Shown here: positions 19,006-26,714 of the stretch, piece after piece
How positions within the stretch are numbered: the stretch's first letter is position 1
How the letters are laid out: the number at the start of each line of letters is the position of its first letter
Source: an uncultured Pseudomonadota bacterium
Lineage (GTDB): Bacteria; Myxococcota_A; Polyangia; Fen-1088
NCBI GenBank assembly: GCA_963779495.1
Contig: CAVZYM010000005.1
Location: 528,241-592,240, forward strand
DNA: 64,000 bases
Direction of reading: 5' to 3'
The notes under the pieces: model-generated
The model's database searches: none
The model's input: only the letters and a program-made list of their open reading frames with translations
What the model was told of the DNA's origin: nothing
Made by a program: the position numbers and the translations under genes

Positions 19006-20134
19006 TCAGCTGCCACATGTTCTTGAACTCCTGAAAATAGTCGAAGGAGCGGTGAACGCAGATCGGGAAAAGGTCACTTCTTACACGGAGTTACTTGTCT
19101 CCAAGCTCGCTGCCGAGGGTCACAAGAACGTCGCCGATCGTCTTCAACGAGCCCTGCAGAGCTCTAAGACGAAGATGCTTGAACTCAGCCGACCGGGAAC
19201 CCGAGTTCCGGTCGACCAAGAGTCGCGCCTGGCTCTGGCGGATGAAGAACTCGTCCGACCAGGGGACGCGGTTGTCTTTGTATCTCCGGACGTCACAGCG
19301 TCGATCAGCGAATTCATTCGGTTCGTGGTCGCGTCCGATCGCCTCATCAGCCACGGCGTCGGCGTGTCGCCATCGATGCTTCTCTATGGCCCACCGGGCT
19401 GTGGAAAGACCGAACTGGCAAAGTACGTTGCGTCGCAACTGGGGTTGCCCCTGCTTACGGCACGATCCGATTCGCTAATCTCGTCGTTCCTGGGCAGCAC
19501 TGCCAAGAACCTCCGAGTCCTCTTCGAGCACGCGATGGCTCGCCCATGCGTTCTATTCCTCGACGAGTTCGACGCTCTCGCGAAGGCGCGCGATGACAAG
19601 AACGAACTCGGGGAGTTGAAGCGCGTTGTCGTCAGCCTTCTGCAGAACATCGACGCACTTGCATCAAAGACCGTGCTGCTAGCTGCAACCAACCACGACC
19701 ATCTACTGGACCCTGCGATCTGGCGCAGGTTCGCTTTCCGCCTAGAGATCGGCCTTCCAGAGCTTCAAGCAAGACGCGCCATGTTTCAACGCTTCTGCGG
19801 TGATCTAGCTGCAGGAAGCGAGGAGGACCTCGACCTATTCGCAGGCATTTCTGCGACGCTGAGCGGAGCTGACATTAAACAGGTCGCGGAAGACAGCAAA
19901 CGGAGTGCGATCCTGTCAGACAGGAATCGCATCGACACCGCCGAGGTCGTACGCCGCATTCTGCGTTACCGATTGCCCGACCTCGAGAAGGAGTTGGTCC
20001 CGCTGGAAGTGAAGGTAGCGGCTGCAAGGCGCTTGGACCCTGCTCTTTTGACCTACCGGCGCCTGTCAGAGGTATTCGGCATTTCTCTGGGACGTCTCTC
20101 CAAGCTTCTGCGAGAAGAGGTGGCGAATGGCTGA
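18986..20134 (+). CDS. AAA+ ATPase (IetA-like defence ATPase)
   Basis: Walker A GPPGCGKTELAK, Walker B VLFLDEFDAL, sensor-1 LLAATNHD, Arg finger WRRF. Low GC (~50-55%). Stop overlaps the start of the downstream subtilase by 8 nt (ATGGCTGA). Confidence 0.85.
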   Translation: MTTVVHDQLPHVLELLKIVEGAVNADREKVTSYTELLVSKLAAEGHKNVADRLQRALQSSKTKMLELSRPGTRVPVDQESRLALADEELVRPGDAVVFVSPDVTASISEFIRFVVASDRLISHGVGVSPSMLLYGPPGCGKTELAKYVASQLGLPLLTARSDSLISSFLGSTAKNLRVLFEHAMARPCVLFLDEFDALAKARDDKNELGELKRVVVSLLQNIDALASKTVLLAATNHDHLLDPAIWRRFAFRLEIGLPELQARRAMFQRFCGDLAAGSEEDLDLFAGISATLSGADIKQVAEDSKRSAILSDRNRIDTAEVVRRILRYRLPDLEKELVPLEVKVAAARRLDPALLTYRRLSEVFGISLGRLSKLLREEVANG

Positions 20135-22394
20135 GACAGAGCGCCGATTGCCAATCAAAGTCGTTCTAAACAGAGACGGAGATTGGTTCAGCCCGGACGG
20201 TGGCGGCGGTGGTCGCAAGATGTTCGGCGAGGTAACGCCCGACGTTCGGAGGAGTCTCTCTGAGCAATTGGCCAGCACCGCGAGGATTCTTCACATCGAC
20301 GAGACGGCACTACCCGCAGTCGGCCGGGTTGTCCTAAAACGTGACGCCCTCGCAAAGTCTCATCGGCCTGCAAAACTGTTTCGCGACACCTGTCCGATCA
20401 TCGGCGTCGGCCACCTCGGCGAGTTGTTTATCAGCCTGCGCCCCGGTCGGATTGAAGAGCTCATCAAGAGGATAGACGCCGACACCACCAAGGATGGTCA
20501 GGCAGATATCTCAACGATCGAGCAGATCCTTCCGCATGATCCGAACATCGCTACGGCGCCCGAGACCGTCGAAGAGTTGGCCGCTCGCGTAGACCGCTCG
20601 AGTGCCGCTCTCAAGGTCAAGCTGTTTCGGCATAACGACCCCAGTCTCGACAAGAGGATCCAGAACGCCTTCCTCGCCGAGCTCAGAACGCTCGACTTGG
20701 CTCCGCCCGAACCTATCGAGTACGCGAAGACACTGCGCATCTATCGCATCAGAAAGCCAACCGGCGAGGCCGTGCGGAGACTCGCACGCTTTGTAGGCTC
20801 CCAGAGCGTTTCGACATTCCCCATCTATAGATCGGTTAGGACGTCCGCTACTCGCGTACGGGCAGCGGAGGTGTCCGACTTCCCGAGTCCCGACCCCAGG
20901 CGAGACTACCCCGTGGTGGGACTCATCGACAGCGGAGTGAACGCTGGGGACGCTCTTCTTGCTCCTTGGATCGTGGCTCACGATGTCAACGTTCATCCTT
21001 CCGAGCAGGACCTTGAACATGGCAGCTTCGTCGCTGGTCTGTTGGTACATGGTCGGTTGCTGAATCAGAACGATCCGACTTTTCCCGACGGCCCCTGCAA
21101 GATCGTAGACGTCGTTGCTGTTCCGAAAGGGGGCATCTCGGAGGACCAGCTACTAACGATCATCGAAGACGCCGTCCCGAAGTATCCAAAGGCACGGGTC
21201 TGGAATCTCTCTGTGAACAGCATCGGTGGGTTGTGTCTAAATGACGCCTTCTCAGACTTCGCGGTAGCGCTCGACGAGATCCAGGCGAAATACGGCGTGC
21301 GGTTCGTGGTATCGGCAGGCAACTACGTGACGCCACCTCTGCGGGGTTGGCCAGCCGAGGACCTAGGCGAGGCTGATCGGATTTGCGCGCCGGCCGATTC
21401 CGTCCATGCGATCACCGTCGGCTCGATAGCCCATATCCATCGCCCAAATTCCAGAGTGAAGGCTGGTGAACCCTCTCCTTTCTCCCGTCGTGGTCCGGGC
21501 CCGGTTTATCTTCCCAAACCCGACCTTTCTCACTATGGCGGTAACTGCGACGCGGCACTCGGCTGCGTGCAGACAGGCGTGCTCTCCCTCGATGCCAATG
21601 GGGACGTGGCGGAAAGCATCGGGACAAGTTTTGCGACACCGCTCGTCACGTCGCTTTATGCCCACGTCCACGCTGAACTCACGGGGAAAGAGCCCCCGTC
21701 ACCAAGTCTGGTGAAGGCCCTGCTGATTCATTCAGCCTTGCTGTCGAAAGGCGCCCTGTCAGCAGTGGACATGAAGTACCGCGGTTTTGGGGTTCCCGGG
21801 GGGGTGCTGGAAGTCCTGTCGTGCACCAAGTCTGTGGCCACGCTGATCTTCGAACCGGACCTAATTTCAGGACTCGAATTCGAGAAGCTAGGCTTCCCCA
21901 TTCCCACCAGCCTCAGAGACAAGAACGGGAAAGTTCGGGGAGAGTTCGCCATCACGCTCGTGTACGACCCTCCATGCGACGCCTTGGGTGGGGCGGAGTA
22001 CTGCCGCTCGAACGTCGAGGTCTCGCTTGGCAGCTACGATGTGGGGACAGACGGCAAGCGACACCACAAGCGCCAAGTCCCTCCAGAGCCGGAAGATGTG
22101 AACAAGTTGTTCGAGCACGAGCTCCTCGAGCACGGGTTCAAATGGTCTCCAGTGAAGGTCTACCGCCGCTCGATCAGGCGCGGAATCCGCGGCGATACGT
22201 GGAGGCTCCATGTTTCGCTCCAGCATCGAAGCGGCTTTCAGACGCAGATTCCTCAGCGAATGGCGCTCATCGTGACGCTCGCCGACCCCAACGGGACAGC
22301 GCCTGTGTACGACGAAATCGTTACCCAGATGCATGCCAGCGGTTGGCTGACCCAAGATCTACAGGTCAAGAACAGAGTCCGGCTAGGAGTCTAG
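20127..22394 (+). CDS. Subtilisin-like serine peptidase, S8 family (IetS-like) with ~280-aa N-terminal region of unknown function
   Basis: Catalytic triad motifs in canonical order: VVGLIDSGV (Asp), HGSFVAGLL (His), SAGNY (oxyanion Asn), GTSFATPLV (Ser). 755 aa. Translationally coupled to the ATPase. Confidence 0.85.
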   Translation: MAETERRLPIKVVLNRDGDWFSPDGGGGGRKMFGEVTPDVRRSLSEQLASTARILHIDETALPAVGRVVLKRDALAKSHRPAKLFRDTCPIIGVGHLGELFISLRPGRIEELIKRIDADTTKDGQADISTIEQILPHDPNIATAPETVEELAARVDRSSAALKVKLFRHNDPSLDKRIQNAFLAELRTLDLAPPEPIEYAKTLRIYRIRKPTGEAVRRLARFVGSQSVSTFPIYRSVRTSATRVRAAEVSDFPSPDPRRDYPVVGLIDSGVNAGDALLAPWIVAHDVNVHPSEQDLEHGSFVAGLLVHGRLLNQNDPTFPDGPCKIVDVVAVPKGGISEDQLLTIIEDAVPKYPKARVWNLSVNSIGGLCLNDAFSDFAVALDEIQAKYGVRFVVSAGNYVTPPLRGWPAEDLGEADRICAPADSVHAITVGSIAHIHRPNSRVKAGEPSPFSRRGPGPVYLPKPDLSHYGGNCDAALGCVQTGVLSLDANGDVAESIGTSFATPLVTSLYAHVHAELTGKEPPSPSLVKALLIHSALLSKGALSAVDMKYRGFGVPGGVLEVLSCTKSVATLIFEPDLISGLEFEKLGFPIPTSLRDKNGKVRGEFAITLVYDPPCDALGGAEYCRSNVEVSLGSYDVGTDGKRHHKRQVPPEPEDVNKLFEHELLEHGFKWSPVKVYRRSIRRGIRGDTWRLHVSLQHRSGFQTQIPQRMALIVTLADPNGTAPVYDEIVTQMHASGWLTQDLQVKNRVRLGV

Positions 22395-22540
22395 TCTGAC
22401 GGGCGACACCGACGAAGGAGCGTCAGTTCTCATGGATTGCCGACGTCCCACAGGCCACAGTGCCTCGGTCGAAGCGTTGAGGGTCGTCGGCTAAGACCCG
22501 AAGAAGCCCGTTCAATGGCTCGAACTGGCGGGGAGACGAT

Positions 22541-24091
22541 ATGACGACGGAGGCGACAGACATTCACCGGCTGAACTCTGAGCAGATCCGTCTGTACCAG
22601 ATAATGGAAACCGATCCGGTGCGAGCCTTGACGGAGGCGAAGGGGCTTCATGACGACGGCCCGGGCGGTATGTGGACGCAGCTGAGGGGATGTGTCCTCG
22701 CAGAAGCCGGAGGCGCATCGAATGACAAGAGGCCTATCGAAGAAGCAATCGCGATATTCCGGGCGGCCTTGGCGAGAAAGCCCGACGATCCCATGGTCGC
22801 GTACAACTTGGCGAATGCGCTCGGAACACTTGCCAGATTGGACAAGACGGACCTTCCCAAGCGTTACCTGCAGACCTCAGCGTTGAGGCTGGAGAGTCGG
22901 GCCCTCTATGGTTCAGCCGCGAAGGCTCTCCGGAAGAAGCACGCACGGACTGCTACGCAATGCCTAACGAACGTAGGAAGCGCGCTCGACTACGCATTTC
23001 GTTGGATCGAGGCGTTCGAAGCCTACACCGACGCGCTGGCAGTCTACCCAGAGAATGGCGTTGCGTCGGGCGCTGCTGCCCAGGTGCTTTTCAGAGTGTC
23101 GCAAACAGGCCGGCAGCGCGGCTCAGAACATCTGCGCGCTGCGGCGCTGCGCCTGGCCTGGCACTCGCAACAGAATGTCGACACGGTAAGGGCGTTCGCA
23201 GGCGAAGGCGCCGTTCAAGCATTCCTTCGCTTGCCGAGCCGAGCAACAACACCACCACGCCCAATCAAAGCAGGGCTTTCAACGTACCAGCGTTTCGTTT
23301 CGCACCATCGGCTCGCGCTCTCGCCCGTGGTCGAGGGGCTGAAGTCTTTGCGCCGATGGGATGACATCCAAGTGACCGGCATACATGCGCACGGTAACGA
23401 AGGTCCCCATATGCCGCCATTGTTCGCGATGTTCAACCTGTTGAAAGGGGATTACTTGCTTGCGCGGGAACTACTATTCGAGGGCGTCCAGGAGAAACAT
23501 CGGGATACGGGCTGGTACGCCGACACGCTCGACTATGCTCTTTATGGCAGGAAGACATCTTGCCTTGTTCTCGCGCAGCGTTCGGCACTTGACTTGCTCG
23601 ATCGAATCGCTGTTGCGCTGAACGACTACCTGGACGTTGGCGTTTCACCGAATGACGTCCACTTCGTGCGCTTCTGGTTCGAGCCAAAGGCATCCAATTG
23701 GCGTAAGCCGATCTATGACGAAATCGATGCAGGGAATCCCGCCCTCATCGCCCTAGCGGAGATCGCTTCCGACCTCGGAAGCGTCGCGGTTGGCGAAGCC
23801 AAAGCTATTCCCTTGCTTTACCGACACCGTCATCTACGGAATTCGGGAACTCACCGCTTCACAACGCTTCACGATGTCGAGATCGGCGCCCATCGCCCCT
23901 CGCCCGCAATCGAGCACATGCGGCTGGATGACTTTCAACAGGCGGCCATCGATACACTGAAACTCGCCAGAGCAGCACTCTTCTATCTGGTCGAGGCAGT
24001 CGACTATCGTGAACTCCGTCTGGGGCACAGCGCGGGGGTGATGGGATCGCTACCCGTCGTGGGTCATCACCGCATTCGGGGACGCCGATAG
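22541..24091 (+). CDS. TPR-like repeat protein with C-terminal domain carrying an R-x4-H (HEPN-like) motif; function unknown
   Basis: N-terminal ~230 aa helical TPR-like repeats (AIAIFRAALARKPDDPMVAYNLANALG...). C-terminal LLYRHRHLRNSGTHRF contains RNSGTH (Rx4H) ~75 aa from the C-terminus in a predicted helical region. Low GC. 147-bp gap after the subtilase. Confidence 0.55.
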   Translation: MTTEATDIHRLNSEQIRLYQIMETDPVRALTEAKGLHDDGPGGMWTQLRGCVLAEAGGASNDKRPIEEAIAIFRAALARKPDDPMVAYNLANALGTLARLDKTDLPKRYLQTSALRLESRALYGSAAKALRKKHARTATQCLTNVGSALDYAFRWIEAFEAYTDALAVYPENGVASGAAAQVLFRVSQTGRQRGSEHLRAAALRLAWHSQQNVDTVRAFAGEGAVQAFLRLPSRATTPPRPIKAGLSTYQRFVSHHRLALSPVVEGLKSLRRWDDIQVTGIHAHGNEGPHMPPLFAMFNLLKGDYLLARELLFEGVQEKHRDTGWYADTLDYALYGRKTSCLVLAQRSALDLLDRIAVALNDYLDVGVSPNDVHFVRFWFEPKASNWRKPIYDEIDAGNPALIALAEIASDLGSVAVGEAKAIPLLYRHRHLRNSGTHRFTTLHDVEIGAHRPSPAIEHMRLDDFQQAAIDTLKLARAALFYLVEAVDYRELRLGHSAGVMGSLPVVGHHRIRGRR

Positions 24092-24140
24092 ACCGATCGA
24101 TGGCGTCATACTGCGCGCTGATCTCGTCGACTTACATATT

Positions 24141-26561
24141 TTGGGCTGGGCAGCACAACGCGATGACCCCCAGAATGGAAGGCACACGATGACTAACGCT
24201 GACAGTCTCCATCTGCCGCTAAACGTCGCGCGTGCGGTCATTCTCGGCGACGTCCAATTTCTCCGATTCGAGCAGTTCGCCAACGATCTCGTTTCAAAGA
24301 TCGAGGGAGATCGGCCGGTACTTTCGACCTCTCTCACCTATGATCGCGGCAGGGACGGAAAGACCATCGGCCCCGGACCCCGTGTCTACATCTGCTCATC
24401 GCTGAACGACATACCCGACGACAAGGCACTAGCCGATATCGACAAGATCGCCGCCTCTAAGGCGCCGGTCCAGCGGATCTATTTCTGCAGCTCCCAGAAA
24501 TTGACAGAGCATGCGGGAGATAGAATCGCTGCCCTCCTGCGAGCCAAGCTTGGTGACGATGTCTCTGTCGAGTTTCTTGGGGCATACCACTTGGCGGACT
24601 TCGCGGTCCGTTTCCCTGAGGTTGCCCACAAGTCCTACTCGGCCGAAATTGCCGACATCGTTCAGGCTTTCAAGCCATCTCACCAAGTAGATGAAGCTTC
24701 GCGCCTTGCGTTGGAACTCGCTCTCTGTACGGTTGGTCACGAGGATTCAGCCGCAATTCGGACAAGCGCATACGTTGCGTCACTGCGGAGCGTCCTCCTC
24801 GATGGAGTCCCGCGCAACGTCGCCGAATGCGCCCGCGATCTGGCCGCGCGGCTCAAGCTTGGGCGCAGTCTGCCGGGCACCGCAGTCAAGCTGTACTTGG
24901 ATACACTGGAGCAACAGCAAGATGTCACGGTTGTCAGCGATCGCTATGGCCTGACGGAAGCTGGTCGAGCCGCCACCGCCGCAGCGACAGGAGCGGCAGC
25001 CGAGGCGCTCATGAGGGGGCGTCGTGAAGTACGAGCTCAGATTGAACTCGAGCTGGGCTTCACTCTTGAGGACGGCCAATTTGCGACGATGTGGCGAACC
25101 CTACAGGACAAGCTTGCCTTGCTCTTCTACTCGCGAGGACGCGAGATGGTCGAAGGGGTAGCTGCTCTGCTGGGACAGAACGCCTCTTCCAGTGGCGCCG
25201 CGGGTGGACCCACGACACCGACGGCTGCCGAAGGGATGCATGGGCCGTTCTTCGCCAGAGCACTCGGTGACGCCGTAGCTGCAACTTGCTCTAGCCAAGA
25301 ACTAGCCGAACAGGTGCAGGTTGCTCTGTCGGATATTTTCTCCGAAGGAACGGGCGCGGCATTCGAGTGGTTGGTCGAAGTGTGTGCCGGCTTCGTGACT
25401 ATCTGCTCGCTCGGTCTTGAGGCTTCTTCGGGTCAAAAGATCCGCGATGCCGTCTCTCGAATCGCGCTCATCTATGATACCGACGTCCTTCTCTCGCTGC
25501 TGGGCGAAGCCGAACCAGATCACGCCGCCGTCGTAGAGATGACCCGACGATGGCGAGAACTCGGCGGCCAACTTCTCCTCGCCGACCCGGTCTTGCGGGA
25601 GACGGCATACCACGCGTGGATTTCCGAGAGAGATTTCAGGGAGGTGGACTCATGGTTGCCCGGATCTGACTTGGATCGATTGCGCTTTATTAAAAACGTC
25701 TTCGTGCGGTCGTTCGCGACACTGATCTCTCGTCAGCGGGCGCGAAGGAACCAGTGGCACACCTATATCTCTCAGTTCCGTGGAAGTTCGGACCACGATG
25801 CTAGGCGCCTGCACGCGCATGTGTCTTCCGAAAGTAAGGCAGGCGCGCTCCCTCGCATTCTCGAACACGAGTCGGGGTGGGAGCGTGATGTTTGGGACGC
25901 GTGTGAAGAACGCGCAGACCGCGGCGCTGCTGGCGACCGAGACCGGAAGATTAAAACCGACAAGGCCAGACGCGATGCAGAGCTCTACGTTTCGATGGTC
26001 CGGTATTCGGAAACCCTCCGGGATACCGAACTTGAGGGTCACTGCTTTCTCGTATCCTCGGCGCACCGCCTTGCGGACCTCGAGGCAGAGTTCCATCCTG
26101 GTGAACGGGCGCGCGTCCTATCGATCGGCGCTGTACTTCACATGTTGGCGTTGGTCCCGGGTGTCTCCGTTGGGTTAACGGCCCTCGGAAGTCTTCTCTT
26201 TGATGGAAGCTTCCACAAAGGCATGTCCGATCTCGGCATGGTTCTTCGCCGCGTCTTGAGGGATTCCGATGGATTCAGCATGCCTTGGGCCAGCCGGACG
26301 ACCCTCGAACGGGACATGCGAGCGCGGCTGGTCGCTCGCGCTGCTGAAGGAGGAGGTACCCACGCGGAGAAGGCCAAAAGAGCCAAAGAGATGGAGCATC
26401 AGGTCGTTAGCGGCGAAAAACCTGAAGCGACCGCGATGCTCATAAGGGAAGCCCTCGACCAAGTCGGCGCTGATACACGGATGGAGCGACAGCTCGCGGA
26501 GGCACATCGGCGCATCGCCGAACTTGAGGCAGCGGCCGCCCGTAAAACCAGAGAGAGCTAG
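24141..26561 (+). CDS. Large (806 aa) uncharacterised protein with a central PIN-like nuclease fold signature
   Basis: Segment SRIALIYDTDVLLSLLGE...LLLADPVLRETAYHAW resembles the PIN strand-1 Asp and the following Glu. No P-loop. Coiled-coil and charged C-terminus. Low GC. 50-bp gap after the TPR gene. Confidence 0.5.
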   Translation: MGWAAQRDDPQNGRHTMTNADSLHLPLNVARAVILGDVQFLRFEQFANDLVSKIEGDRPVLSTSLTYDRGRDGKTIGPGPRVYICSSLNDIPDDKALADIDKIAASKAPVQRIYFCSSQKLTEHAGDRIAALLRAKLGDDVSVEFLGAYHLADFAVRFPEVAHKSYSAEIADIVQAFKPSHQVDEASRLALELALCTVGHEDSAAIRTSAYVASLRSVLLDGVPRNVAECARDLAARLKLGRSLPGTAVKLYLDTLEQQQDVTVVSDRYGLTEAGRAATAAATGAAAEALMRGRREVRAQIELELGFTLEDGQFATMWRTLQDKLALLFYSRGREMVEGVAALLGQNASSSGAAGGPTTPTAAEGMHGPFFARALGDAVAATCSSQELAEQVQVALSDIFSEGTGAAFEWLVEVCAGFVTICSLGLEASSGQKIRDAVSRIALIYDTDVLLSLLGEAEPDHAAVVEMTRRWRELGGQLLLADPVLRETAYHAWISERDFREVDSWLPGSDLDRLRFIKNVFVRSFATLISRQRARRNQWHTYISQFRGSSDHDARRLHAHVSSESKAGALPRILEHESGWERDVWDACEERADRGAAGDRDRKIKTDKARRDAELYVSMVRYSETLRDTELEGHCFLVSSAHRLADLEAEFHPGERARVLSIGAVLHMLALVPGVSVGLTALGSLLFDGSFHKGMSDLGMVLRRVLRDSDGFSMPWASRTTLERDMRARLVARAAEGGGTHAEKAKRAKEMEHQVVSGEKPEATAMLIREALDQVGADTRMERQLAEAHRRIAELEAAAARKTRES

Positions 26562-26714
26562 AGTCTGCGGACAAAGACTTTGGCCCCCGTCAAGTTCGAC
26601 GGTTACCGACGTCCTACGAAATCGCACTCAGGACCGACGGGGTCCATCCGTCGCCACAGTGCCTGCCTTTTCTTCTCCCGAGCCGGTTTGAAACGGGCGG
26701 CTAGACGATCGCGC

